Positions 44,399 to 53,755 of a stretch of DNA of 64,000 bases are shown here, in pieces. Each line of letters begins with the position of its first letter. Position 1 is the first letter of the stretch. The stretch is from a virus. Taxonomy: Duplodnaviria; Heunggongvirae; Uroviricota; Caudoviricetes. The stretch is taken from the IMG/VR virus record IMGVR_UViG_3300027851_000011; one strand, given 5' to 3'. Position numbers and translations under genes: made by a program. The notes under the pieces were generated by a model. That model was not told the origin of the DNA and did no database searches. It saw only the letters and a program-made list of their open reading frames with translations.

Positions 44399-45096
44399 AA
44401 GTGACTCTGTTCACCTACAAGGAGCTGACAGGCAAAGCCAAGGAACGCGCGAAGGAGTGGATGAACGAACGGTATACGGATAGCAGCGATGATCTGCACC
44501 ACTGCTTCATCGCCTACCTGCATGAGTGGGGCTATCCAACGTGCGACATTGGCTTCCGGTACAGTTACAGCCAGGGTGATGGCATGGCCTTCTACACCGG
44601 CAGTCGCTGCGCTCCTGACTTCTCGAAAGGCAAGGACAGTCGGCTTGACTGGGCATGGCACTGCCACGGACCAGACAAGGCGAGTTCGTGCGTGAACCTG
44701 GAGAAGGTGTGGTGGCGTCGTGGCCTCTGGAAGAACTACACCAAGGACGAGCGGAAGCAGATCTATCGGCTGTACAACACGTACCTGAATGACGGCTTCG
44801 AGCTTGAGATCAGCATCACCAGGAACAGCTACGGGTCGCATTATTCACACTACAACACGATGTCCGTGTCGCTCTATGCGCGCGTGTACAACGGGGTGCC
44901 AGAAGAAGATGCGAATCTCATCGAATCCTTCGCTGACCGCGTCGAACGAGATCTCCAGGACGACGTTCGCGATGCTTCGAAGGAACTGGATGTCGAAGCC
45001 GACAAGATCATCGAGAGCAAGCAAACGGATGCATACTTCGATGAACTGGCTGAGTCCAACGAGTTCGAGTTCACTGAGACAGGAGACCCCGCATGA
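44383..45096 (+). CDS. Hypothetical protein
   Basis: In-frame Met (MPRTIEVTLF...) in ORF 44329..45096. Confidence 0.45.
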   Translation: MPRTIEVTLFTYKELTGKAKERAKEWMNERYTDSSDDLHHCFIAYLHEWGYPTCDIGFRYSYSQGDGMAFYTGSRCAPDFSKGKDSRLDWAWHCHGPDKASSCVNLEKVWWRRGLWKNYTKDERKQIYRLYNTYLNDGFELEISITRNSYGSHYSHYNTMSVSLYARVYNGVPEEDANLIESFADRVERDLQDDVRDASKELDVEADKIIESKQTDAYFDELAESNEFEFTETGDPA

Positions 45097-45320
45097 CGAC
45101 AGCGACTGTCGAAGTCGTGACCGACGGAGGCCCAGACATGGTCTGGGCCTCTGACCTTGAGACAGTCCCGGTGGTCGAACTGATCAAGGCTAAGGAAGCC
45201 TTCGCGCTTACCAAAGTGTGCAGCTGTTCGACGAAGCGCCGCTTCATAATCGACACGCCGGGGTATCCGTACGATCTGCGTGATTGCGCAGTCTGTGGGC
45301 GCAGCCTGGGCTCTGTATGA
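45093..45320 (+). CDS. Small zinc-ribbon protein
   Basis: CSCSTKRR...CAVCGRS. Confidence 0.4.
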   Translation: MTTATVEVVTDGGPDMVWASDLETVPVVELIKAKEAFALTKVCSCSTKRRFIIDTPGYPYDLRDCAVCGRSLGSV

Positions 45321-45634
45321 CGCCACGCTACACGCACGACTGTCCGGCCTGTTTATTCATGGGCAGGCATGGACAGTATGACACCTACTTCTGTCCGAAG
45401 TCACAAGGTGATGGCGACTCAGGTTCGGTCATCGCCCGATACGGCAACGAAGGACATGAGTACGCCAGTTCACCAACGAGCTGTGCGCTCGCATGTGATC
45501 TGAACCTCGAAGAACACAAGGATGCTGCCCATGTGGCCTATGTCCGGCTGGCGCGTCGCCTGCTGCACGAGGGCTACTTCAACCTGACGGTGAACGCCAC
45601 GCGCGTTGCCGAACGAAAGAGCTGGGACACATGA
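45317..45634 (+). CDS. Cysteine-containing hypothetical protein
   Basis: ATGA overlap; MTPRYTHDCPACLFMGRHGQYDTYFCPKSQ... Confidence 0.4.
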   Translation: MTPRYTHDCPACLFMGRHGQYDTYFCPKSQGDGDSGSVIARYGNEGHEYASSPTSCALACDLNLEEHKDAAHVAYVRLARRLLHEGYFNLTVNATRVAERKSWDT

Positions 45635-45797
45635 ACTACATCATCATCGAGGCGATCGGCACCAAGCTGCTCGCCGAGAAGGTCAACGAGGCCATGCTCT
45701 GCGGCTTCTGTCCGATCGGAGGACCGTTCTACGTCCATGGCGGCGAACGCGGCGACTTCTGGTACGGCCAAGCCATGATCAAGAAACCTGTCTGACG
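45631..45797 (+). CDS. Small protein (about 54 aa)
   Basis: ATGA overlap; MNYIIIEAIGTKLLAEKVNEAMLCGFCPIGG... Confidence 0.3.
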
Positions 45798-45837
45798 TCC
45801 TAACCACTTTACTCCCTGTACTCTAAGGAATCATACC

Positions 45838-46533
45838 ATGCCCACCGGCTACACCGCTGCACTCGCCAAACGCAACTACAACATCAAGACGTGGTTGCTC
45901 AACGACGTCGTCAGAGCCATCGGCGTCTGCGTCATGCTCCGCGATGAGAGCAACGACCTCAACTGCAACCAGATCCGTGCCAAGCTGGTCGAACACGTCG
46001 AATACGCTGAAAAGCAGAAGGCCAAGCTCACCGAAGCTGTCGAGCGGCATCAGCAGTACCAGAACATGTCCAACGCAGCGTGGCAGACGTCATTCGTCGC
46101 TGACGCCGAGCGCGTCCGCAAGGAGAATGAAAAGCGTCGTCAGGAGTTCGAGGCTGGCGAACGCGCCCATCGTACAGCGCTGAACAAGCTGCGTCACATT
46201 CGCGACGAAGCGAATCACGAAGTGACCGTTGGCGTCTTGAAGTTCGCTATCGAGCAGGTCAACAGTGCCATCGGATTCGATTTCAACAGCTGCTACCAGG
46301 AGAAGGAATACGACAGCGTTGAGTCGTACCGCGCTGCCAAGCTCGAAGATGCTGCACGCGAGATCAAGTACTCGAAGGAAAATGCAGACGAATGCCTCAA
46401 CCGTGCTGTCGAACGCCTCAAGGCATTCGATGCCTATGTCGACGAGATCGACAAGCTGATCCCTGGCGAAGTTGAGAAGTCGATGTCCAAACCCATCAAG
46501 AAGGCGACGAAGCCAAAGAAAGGCAAGAAGTGA
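45838..46533 (+). CDS. Hypothetical protein with lysine-rich C-terminal tail
   Basis: 231 aa, preceded by a 40-bp AT-richer intergenic region and RBS AAGGAATC. Confidence 0.45.
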   Translation: MPTGYTAALAKRNYNIKTWLLNDVVRAIGVCVMLRDESNDLNCNQIRAKLVEHVEYAEKQKAKLTEAVERHQQYQNMSNAAWQTSFVADAERVRKENEKRRQEFEAGERAHRTALNKLRHIRDEANHEVTVGVLKFAIEQVNSAIGFDFNSCYQEKEYDSVESYRAAKLEDAAREIKYSKENADECLNRAVERLKAFDAYVDEIDKLIPGEVEKSMSKPIKKATKPKKGKK

Positions 46534-46838
46534 AGCGCGCGTTCACCCTCATCGAACTGATGATCGTCATCGCGATCATTGCCATCATCGCTGCCATCGC
46601 CATGTCGAAGTTCGACAAGATGAAGGTCGGCGCGACGGTCTACGTCTCGGCGACTGGGCAACAGGTCGTTATCATGCGCGAGGAAGCGCAGGGCGGCCAG
46701 CTCATCTACAGCTGCCGGGTCGACAACGGCCCGGAAGCCAAGGAGCGCTTCACCGAAGTGCGATTCTTCAGGTCCGAACTGGTCCTGGAGCTGCCGGCAG
46801 CGAAGAAGCCCTGGTCGCCGGACGTCGAACGGCGATGA
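46530..46838 (+). CDS. Type IV pilin-like / pseudopilin-like protein (class III prepilin signal)
   Basis: MKRAFTLIELMIVIAIIAIIAAIAM matches the prepilin leader plus FTLIELMIV N-methylation/TM consensus. Confidence 0.5.
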   Translation: MKRAFTLIELMIVIAIIAIIAAIAMSKFDKMKVGATVYVSATGQQVVIMREEAQGGQLIYSCRVDNGPEAKERFTEVRFFRSELVLELPAAKKPWSPDVERR

Positions 46839-47119
46839 GCCGGCACACCATCCCGCGAAACAGGAAGCTCGGAAAGTTGATCGTCGGCTATGACAGGCCG
46901 CTGCGCGAGTTCTTCTGTCAGGTATGGTCCAGGGCTGGGCGCATGTCCCAGTCTTGGACCACCAAGAGCATCGACGAACTGTTCATCGGCATCGGTGTCT
47001 GCAACGCCGATGCACCGAAGGGTCTCTACCAGCGTCTCGAAGATGAGACGCTCGGAAAGGCTCCGACGAATGTCCTGGTCGACTGGTCCACCAACCCACC
47101 CACGGAGCACACGGTATGA
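46835..47119 (+). CDS. Hypothetical protein
   Basis: ATGA overlap; MSRHTIPRNRKLGKLIVGYD... Confidence 0.4.
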   Translation: MSRHTIPRNRKLGKLIVGYDRPLREFFCQVWSRAGRMSQSWTTKSIDELFIGIGVCNADAPKGLYQRLEDETLGKAPTNVLVDWSTNPPTEHTV

Positions 47120-47613
47120 GATCCAACAACCCGCTCGCTGACGACATCGAGAAGGTCGTCTCGGCCTACGCTGACGTCAAGAACTCCGAAGCCTCCCGCA
47201 AGGACGATGTCATCGCTGGGCTCAGGGCGCTGAAGCCCGAACAGCTTGTCGCGCTTGCCTATGATGCCTGCCAACTCATCGACGAACTCGACACGCAGGG
47301 TTTCGACTATTCCGTCGCCATGCTGGAGCAGCATGTCGAACGCCCCGGTGACACCCGCTGCATGTGGGTCGTGTCGCAGGGCGACGTCAACGGTGCCTTC
47401 AACAAGATGGAAAAGTCGTTCGGCGCCACGTGCGAACCACGCGGTGAGGACGGCCCGAAACTGTCTGTCCATCTCGCGGTCTTCCACACCTGGGAAGCTG
47501 CGAAGGGCTTCCTGGACGCTCAGCCTGTCGGCTGCGCCGCGAACCGTATCTACCCAGTCGTCGTGATCGCTGGCCGCGAGCCGCGTACGACGCCACCACT
47601 GAGCAAATCATGA
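47116..47613 (+). CDS. Hypothetical protein
   Basis: 165 aa ORF. Confidence 0.45.
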   Translation: MRSNNPLADDIEKVVSAYADVKNSEASRKDDVIAGLRALKPEQLVALAYDACQLIDELDTQGFDYSVAMLEQHVERPGDTRCMWVVSQGDVNGAFNKMEKSFGATCEPRGEDGPKLSVHLAVFHTWEAAKGFLDAQPVGCAANRIYPVVVIAGREPRTTPPLSKS

Positions 47614-48125
47614 CCAACCTCGCTGCACAGACGATGGTCGGCCTCCCGCCGGAGGCCGTCTACAAGACGATCTTCACCGAACTGCCCGATGGCACCAAGC
47701 TCCCGCAGCTCTTCCAGCTCGTCCGCTACCCGGATGGCTCTGAGAAGTGGGAGCTGACCAGCGAACGCATCCGTGCGTTCGAAGAATCGTTTGGTGACAC
47801 CAAGACGATCCCAGCGAACTGGAGCGCACCGGATACCGAGGTGCTCAGCCGCAATGATCCGATCACGACGTCGCGCGAGACCATCGACACGGTCAAACTC
47901 GGCGGCATGACGCGCATCGACCTGCGCCGCATCCTGATCCTGAACCTGGGCGATCCCCAGGCCATCATCAGGCAGAAGGGGCTCGACAGCCAGCGGCTGG
48001 CGCGCTTCGAGAAGGACAAAGCGTTCTTCACAACGCTGTGCATGATGGCCCATGAGCACGGCGGCGAATGGCGCAAGGCGCGCGAGTTCCTGCATCCGGC
48101 CTATCCTGACACGGGTGCGACGTGA
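47610..48125 (+). CDS. Hypothetical protein
   Basis: 171 aa ORF. Confidence 0.45.
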   Translation: MTNLAAQTMVGLPPEAVYKTIFTELPDGTKLPQLFQLVRYPDGSEKWELTSERIRAFEESFGDTKTIPANWSAPDTEVLSRNDPITTSRETIDTVKLGGMTRIDLRRILILNLGDPQAIIRQKGLDSQRLARFEKDKAFFTTLCMMAHEHGGEWRKAREFLHPAYPDTGAT

Positions 48126-48319
48126 AGTTGCGTCGCCTCGTGTCGAGGACGCTGCTGCGTATCGCATTCGGCACGCAGCCGCCGCCTATCGACCCATACA
48201 AGAAGTTCGCGCAGCATGTGTATGCACGGACGCCCGGCAAGTCGACCACGCTCGCTGCTGCCCGCGTCATCAAGAAGCACGAAGCCCTCGCCATGGGCTA
48301 CGGCGGAGGTGGCAAGTAA
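48122..48319 (+). CDS. Hypothetical small protein
   Basis: 65 aa ORF. Confidence 0.35.
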   Translation: MKLRRLVSRTLLRIAFGTQPPPIDPYKKFAQHVYARTPGKSTTLAAARVIKKHEALAMGYGGGGK

Positions 48320-48573
48320 TGTACGGCTGCACCGTCTGCGGCAAGACGATCCACGATCCCGACGAGGATCGTCTCTGCACCTCCTGCGTGAACAAGGCGA
48401 TCATCGCCTACATCGACGCTCACAAACCCAAACCCAAGAAGGAAACCGATGGACATCGTAGCTCTGACGGACGATCTGGCGAAGCTGGACGGCCTGCCTC
48501 CGCACGACAAGCCCTCAAACCCGTGCTTGGGCGACGGCTACTTCGCGGCTTCGATCCAACGGAAGTACGGTAA
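48319..48573 (+). CDS. Small zinc-ribbon protein (3' end uncertain)
   Basis: MYGCTVCGK...CTSCVNK. GC3 drops after about 48450, where another ORF with high GC3 begins. Confidence 0.3.
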   Translation: MYGCTVCGKTIHDPDEDRLCTSCVNKAIIAYIDAHKPKPKKETDGHRSSDGRSGEAGRPASARQALKPVLGRRLLRGFDPTEVR

Positions 48574-48652
48574 GCCGATTGAAGCGCTCCGCGAAATCCG
48601 TGACCGCGAGGTCGGCGTCCCCACCAAAACATTCGAATACAAGAAAGGCTGA
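48449..48652 (+). CDS. Hypothetical small protein
   Basis: 67 aa with high third-position GC. Confidence 0.4.
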   Translation: MDIVALTDDLAKLDGLPPHDKPSNPCLGDGYFAASIQRKYGKPIEALREIRDREVGVPTKTFEYKKG

Positions 48653-48653
48653 C

Positions 48654-49211
48654 ATGTCGAAAGAAACGCTGTTTGCCAACGAACTCGTCGAAGCACACAA
48701 GAATGGAAAGATCGACCTGAACACGCTTCCGAAGGCGCGGCGTGCCATCGTCGATGCAGGTGTGAAACTCCCCGACGGTCTCGAACCGCCGGTTTACACC
48801 CATGACTTCGACGTGGTCGCTTCACTCGTGTCCAAGCACGAGAACTTCGACGATGTTCCGTTCCTCGAACGGTTCAATGCGATGCAGAAGCGGCTGCGCG
48901 GCCTCGCTGGTAAGCCGGAAGAGAGCGGCGATGCCTTCGGGCATGTCGGCACCAATGACGGCAACGTCGATGGTCGTGCACTCGAAGCCGACTCTGATGA
49001 TGATGGCACAGATCCACTGTGCCCACACTGTCAGAAGCCGTTCCCGATCCCGGAAGTTGTGCGTGCAAACCACGACAACTACCAGAACTATGGGTTCACG
49101 CTCCGTCATGCGTGTGGCAAGATGGTTCGCATGTGTCTCACAAGGACCGTGACCGCTGAGTGCTTCGTCGCGCCGGACTCAGCCCAAGACGACTTCGACG
49201 GGAGGCACTGA
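48654..49211 (+). CDS. Hypothetical protein with CPHC/C...C cluster
   Basis: In-frame ATG at 48654 right after the upstream stop, giving MSKETLFANE... Confidence 0.45.
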   Translation: MSKETLFANELVEAHKNGKIDLNTLPKARRAIVDAGVKLPDGLEPPVYTHDFDVVASLVSKHENFDDVPFLERFNAMQKRLRGLAGKPEESGDAFGHVGTNDGNVDGRALEADSDDDGTDPLCPHCQKPFPIPEVVRANHDNYQNYGFTLRHACGKMVRMCLTRTVTAECFVAPDSAQDDFDGRH

Positions 49212-49212
49212 C

Positions 49213-49536
49213 ATGGGCCGCCCGAAGTACCGCGTGAAGATCATCTGCCACGCGCCGCCGCAGCACAACGTCTACATCCCGCAGTACCGCGTGTGGTGGT
49301 GGCCGTTCTGGCAGGACACAGCAACGAGCATGAACGAAGGTGGCGGCGTCACGTCGCACACCTGCGGCAGCTCGAAGGACGCGTGGAAGGTCAACCTTGA
49401 CCACCTGCGCAAGCTCAAGACTCCGACCGTCGAGATCGAGAACGAGTGCGACTTCAACCACCACTATGCTGAAGAGGCCATGGAGAAGGATGAAGATCCT
49501 GACGCCAGCCCGCTCAGCCCTGAAAAACGCTACTGA
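49213..49536 (+). CDS. Hypothetical protein
   Basis: 107 aa ORF. Confidence 0.45.
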   Translation: MGRPKYRVKIICHAPPQHNVYIPQYRVWWWPFWQDTATSMNEGGGVTSHTCGSSKDAWKVNLDHLRKLKTPTVEIENECDFNHHYAEEAMEKDEDPDASPLSPEKRY

Positions 49537-49545
49537 AAGGATCAC

Positions 49546-50070
49546 ATGGACCCGCATGGACTGATGAAGAGAGAACATACCTGTCTCTGCTGCGGCACCG
49601 AGCGCCTGATGGTCACGGAGATGGGTGTCGGCATGCACGGCAAGCGAACAACCAAGTTCAAGTGCCAGAACCCGGCGTGCGAGGCAAAGGGCCAGATCTC
49701 GAACATGCCTCCGTGGCGTGGCTACGAGCTGTCCAAGAAGAAGCTGGAGGCCATCTTTGAGATGGCGGGCATCCGAATCCTCGACGTGCGCGAACTCAAG
49801 AACCAGTACTGGGGTGATCTGCCTGATGGCGCATACCCCTGGTGGTTCGTGAAGACCGAAGTCGGCTGGATCGAGATCGGCTGGCGCAAGCGCGTCATCT
49901 CCATTGACTGGAGCGACACGTCGATCCGGCACGTTGTGACCACCGAAGAAGTGACCAAGAGCACGTCGTGCGTCCACGCGTGGTCTGAAGAGAAGGCCAT
50001 CGAGTACCTGAAGGTGCTTGGTGAGCAGCTCAAGCTCGTCAACAAGCCTGTTCCCACCAGCGCGTTCTGA
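49546..50070 (+). CDS. Hypothetical protein with zinc-ribbon motifs
   Basis: CLCCGTERL...CQNPACEAKG. Confidence 0.45.
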   Translation: MDPHGLMKREHTCLCCGTERLMVTEMGVGMHGKRTTKFKCQNPACEAKGQISNMPPWRGYELSKKKLEAIFEMAGIRILDVRELKNQYWGDLPDGAYPWWFVKTEVGWIEIGWRKRVISIDWSDTSIRHVVTTEEVTKSTSCVHAWSEEKAIEYLKVLGEQLKLVNKPVPTSAF

Positions 50071-50086
50071 GAAAAGGAACAGCACC

Positions 50087-50476
50087 ATGATGTACAAATG
50101 CTCGTCGCTGATCACGGCACAGGCGATCATCGAGATCGCCATGCAGATCATCAACAGCGATGAAAACATGCCTGCTGAACTGTACACCAAGGAACATTCA
50201 GACTTTCGCATCTGCATCGAATGCTACCAGAATGGACGAGAACACGGTTTCCTGGCGTGGCCGATGTTCAAGTCAGACACTGCGTACTACATCTGTGAAG
50301 CGCGGCGATCAGATTCGCCGTGCATCTACAAGGGTGACTACGCGATGCAGAGCATCTCTGAAGATGCGTACACGCACTCGAATACGTTTGACAGTGTTCA
50401 CGATGCTGCCGTTTGGCTCGTCACAGACCTGATCGAACTCTACAACGCGGTGCAGATCGCGAAGGAGAAGAAGTAA
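50087..50476 (+). CDS. Hypothetical protein
   Basis: MMYKCSSLITAQAIIEIAMQ... with CIECYQ. Confidence 0.45.
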   Translation: MMYKCSSLITAQAIIEIAMQIINSDENMPAELYTKEHSDFRICIECYQNGREHGFLAWPMFKSDTAYYICEARRSDSPCIYKGDYAMQSISEDAYTHSNTFDSVHDAAVWLVTDLIELYNAVQIAKEKK

Positions 50477-50889
50477 TGGGCGGAGTCAACGTGGCATGTC
50501 AGGATTGCGACTGGACGGGCACAGAGAGCCAGTGCAAGGAGATCGACGATTTCCACGAGCGTGTGAGCGCAGGCGAGATCATGCCGTATGGCCAGTGCCC
50601 TGAATGTGGGGCGCTGTGCCACGCGGAAGCGCCGGACTACGTGCCGACAACGCTCTACCTGTCAGCAGCCGACCATGTGAGGACTGGGAAGACGAAGACG
50701 TTCGCGATGGAACTCTGCCACGAACCATCGAGCCTGAAGATCGCGCTCCCAGGACTCTACGTCGGCTTCGTCGTCTGCATCAACAACTATGATGGCGTTC
50801 CCTCTCTAGCTGTGTTCAGTGACCCGAAACAGACTGCTGCAACCATCCGCATGGACCTGCGTGGCGGCAAGAAGAAGAAGAGGGGTTGA
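50476..50889 (+). CDS. Hypothetical protein with zinc-ribbon motifs
   Basis: TAATG overlap; CQDCDW...CPECGALC. Confidence 0.45.
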   Translation: MGGVNVACQDCDWTGTESQCKEIDDFHERVSAGEIMPYGQCPECGALCHAEAPDYVPTTLYLSAADHVRTGKTKTFAMELCHEPSSLKIALPGLYVGFVVCINNYDGVPSLAVFSDPKQTAATIRMDLRGGKKKKRG

Positions 50890-50890
50890 T

Positions 50891-51124
50891 ATGGCTGTGT
50901 CGAAGAAGACCAAAGACGCGTTCATCACGCGTTGGATCGTCATCTATTCACGCGGACCATACTGGTACACAGCGCACTTCGAACGGCGCGAGCGAGCCAG
51001 GACTGAAATCCGCTTCCTGAAGCGCGACTGTACTGACAAGAACATCGACAACATACAACTCCATCGCGTGGTCCTATGGCCGCGCACAACCACACGGAAA
51101 ACCAATGCCCGCTGCAACCGTTGA
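50891..51124 (+). CDS. Hypothetical small protein
   Basis: MAVSKKTKDAFITRW... Confidence 0.35.
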   Translation: MAVSKKTKDAFITRWIVIYSRGPYWYTAHFERRERARTEIRFLKRDCTDKNIDNIQLHRVVLWPRTTTRKTNARCNR

Positions 51125-51743
51125 AACCCCACGCTCTGGTGTCCTGCCGCGCACTGGGCTTCCTGATCTGGTCCTGTTCAAGAACCAGTACGGAAAGCAC
51201 CGCCTCGGCGAGATCGAGACGTACCCCGAAGACGATGTGAACCGTGCCTACGCGCAGAACTGCTACATCATCACCGACATCATCACTGGCTCGCCCTACA
51301 AGATGCGCATCGGTGCCGTGCAGGAGATCAAGCCGCCGAAGGGCGCCTTCGGCGAGAAGAGCTACATGCCGGAATACATGGTCATCACCGACGCGTGGCG
51401 TGACCACTGGCTGAGCAAGGCCATCGAGATCGACAATGAGCTGAAGGAGTTCGGCGTCGGCTCACACTTCACGGTGCCTGTCGGCGATGGCGCTGCCCAC
51501 TACGTCGTGACGGCGATGAAGAAGACCACCTGTACCGTCGAGTGGCGCGGCTTCAGCGCTGACAACTGGAGCGACCAGCGCCTCGGCGGTGGTGGCAGCT
51601 TCCGCATCAAGGACATCGCTCCGCTGTGCGGGCGCTACCCAGTCCCGGCAACCCACCGTATGGCCCGCCGGCACTCGCCGTTCTTCAAGACCTGGGCCGA
51701 AATCGAGGCGACCGGGCTGGTGCCGAAGGGCATGGTCGATTGA
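51105..51743 (+). CDS. Hypothetical protein
   Basis: 212 aa ORF. Confidence 0.45.
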   Translation: MPAATVETPRSGVLPRTGLPDLVLFKNQYGKHRLGEIETYPEDDVNRAYAQNCYIITDIITGSPYKMRIGAVQEIKPPKGAFGEKSYMPEYMVITDAWRDHWLSKAIEIDNELKEFGVGSHFTVPVGDGAAHYVVTAMKKTTCTVEWRGFSADNWSDQRLGGGGSFRIKDIAPLCGRYPVPATHRMARRHSPFFKTWAEIEATGLVPKGMVD

Positions 51744-51879
51744 CGCCTGACCAACGCCGCGAGCTGATCAAGGCGAACATCGCCAAGCAGCTCGCGGCAG
51801 CCAAGAAGGCTGCTGCGACTGGCGCGAAGCGGCCGATGAAACGCGAGACGATTCACCCACATCCGAACATAGGAAAACC

Positions 51880-52368
51880 ATGAGCGCTGTACTCGACGCC
51901 CTCGAAGTCCTCAAGACGCACATCGTTCCGTCAGAAGAGAAGCTCCAGCAGTACCGCGACGCCATAAACCGCCACTGCGACGAGAAGTCGAGCTGGCGGC
52001 AGCGAGCCGAGACAGCTGAGAAGCAGGTCGCGACTGTCACAGCTGCGTTGAACAAACTCGGCTACAACCATCCGGCATACACAATCGGTGAACTCGGCTA
52101 CCGAGTCGAATGTGCGATTACGGAGTCGCGCCGAAACCTGGAACACGAGTTGAAGAAGGCACGCGAGCTTTGGCAGGCTCGTGACAGGGCACGAGAAGAC
52201 CTCCGACATCATGCCACGTGCCTGTGCAAGCTCTACAACAAGGCTGCTGGCCACGTGCTGTTCAAGCTCGGCGCCGAGCCTGATCTGTTCGAGATCCGCA
52301 CGGCCATCGACGCTGCCATCGAAGCCGCAGTCCAAGAACGACTCAACACCATGAAGGAAACCACGTGA
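51880..52368 (+). CDS. Hypothetical protein
   Basis: 162 aa ORF. Confidence 0.45.
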   Translation: MSAVLDALEVLKTHIVPSEEKLQQYRDAINRHCDEKSSWRQRAETAEKQVATVTAALNKLGYNHPAYTIGELGYRVECAITESRRNLEHELKKARELWQARDRAREDLRHHATCLCKLYNKAAGHVLFKLGAEPDLFEIRTAIDAAIEAAVQERLNTMKETT

Positions 52369-52811
52369 AGAAGCTCGACGTCAAGCTGCGTGAAGCCGCT
52401 GAGGCCATGCAGTCGCACATGACCAACTACAAGGAAGAGTGCGAAGCCGGCTGGCGCCACGAGGTCAACAAGCGGCTGCTGCACGAGAAGATGGACACGC
52501 AGGGCCGTGAGGTTGCCAACACCATCGCCAAGCGCATCCGTTCCAGGATCAGCACAGCGTTCATCGGCGTCGAGGTGCGCTGTTCGTCCAGCGTCGATCA
52601 CCGTGACTACACGGTGAAGCCGTTCCTGAACATCAAGATCACCGGCCAGTGCCGCCGCATCAGCGGACTCGGGAAGCTCGAAGCCTTCGGGTCATTCGAG
52701 GCCGAGTGGCGTCTCAGCGATCCGTCGATCTACAAGATCGAAGAGGCCATCGACATGGCCGTCACCACCGCCCGGCTCATCGCCGGCCAACACCACCAGG
52801 AGTGCACATGA
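52365..52811 (+). CDS. Hypothetical protein
   Basis: 148 aa ORF with GTGA overlap. Confidence 0.45.
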   Translation: MKKLDVKLREAAEAMQSHMTNYKEECEAGWRHEVNKRLLHEKMDTQGREVANTIAKRIRSRISTAFIGVEVRCSSSVDHRDYTVKPFLNIKITGQCRRISGLGKLEAFGSFEAEWRLSDPSIYKIEEAIDMAVTTARLIAGQHHQECT

Positions 52812-53233
52812 ACATCCACGACTACGTCGCCAAGCACACCCAGCAGGGCGAGTGCATCTGTGGCAAGTGCCTGCCGATCCCTGACGCCGGAACGTCGAAG
52901 TTCTACATGCAGCAGGGACGACACACCATCAACATGGAGTTCTTCAAGGTCGCCATCGTCGGCGAGCCGAACAAGGACGAGTACCTGAAGCTGATGGCTG
53001 AACACAAAGGCCACCACTGCGACTGCAACCCGATCGACGGTGGCGAACACGGCTACATGGAGCTGGGCGGCTGGATCGGCGACCAGGGCGAGGCGATGTG
53101 CTTCATGGCCCTCGGCGTCCACCTCGGCGTCTTCAAGCTCTTGACGCCCAACACCGTCATGCCGCACCTCCCTGACGATCTGAAGAAGCAGATGATCGGC
53201 GCCGGCTTGGTCTGCGTGCAGAAGGCAGCCTGA
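52808..53233 (+). CDS. Hypothetical Cys/His-rich protein
   Basis: ATGA overlap; MNIHDYVAKHTQQGECICGKC...HHCDCNP. Confidence 0.45.
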   Translation: MNIHDYVAKHTQQGECICGKCLPIPDAGTSKFYMQQGRHTINMEFFKVAIVGEPNKDEYLKLMAEHKGHHCDCNPIDGGEHGYMELGGWIGDQGEAMCFMALGVHLGVFKLLTPNTVMPHLPDDLKKQMIGAGLVCVQKAA

Positions 53234-53235
53234 CC

Positions 53236-53754
53236 GTGCCCAACGAGAACTGCCTCGAAGGGTTCCGCTGCCCCGAATGTGGGCATGAAGACGACTTCAT
53301 GATCGACGGCACGACGACGTTCAGCGTTGAAGACGCTGGAACGGGCGACACGCAGGACGTTCACTGGGACGATCATTCGTTCTGCGCATGCGGCGACTGC
53401 CAGCACAGTGGAATCGTGAAGGACTTCCAGATCGACACGCAAGTCGTCGAGCCTGGAATCCCATGTGACCCGATCGACGCTGTGGCGCCGAAGATCGAGT
53501 CAGTTGCCGCGCTACTCTACGACTACCTTGTGCAGCGGGATCTTACGTCTGACGCGAAGGAAGAGGTCGAAGCTGGCACCAAGGATGTCCTGCATGCCCT
53601 CAAGCACACGAACGGTGATCCGCTCGCGATGTGCTTGTACCTGTACAAGATGTGTGACTGGGGCATCGACAACGATGTCTACGCAGCACTCCAACTCGTC
53701 CCACACTTCCGCTACATTGCCCGGCGCAAGGAGCGGTGCATTCTGAAAGTCTGA
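53236..53754 (+). CDS. Hypothetical protein with zinc-ribbon motifs
   Basis: FRCPECGHE...CACGDCQH. Confidence 0.45.
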   Translation: MPNENCLEGFRCPECGHEDDFMIDGTTTFSVEDAGTGDTQDVHWDDHSFCACGDCQHSGIVKDFQIDTQVVEPGIPCDPIDAVAPKIESVAALLYDYLVQRDLTSDAKEEVEAGTKDVLHALKHTNGDPLAMCLYLYKMCDWGIDNDVYAALQLVPHFRYIARRKERCILKV

Positions 53755-53755
53755 C

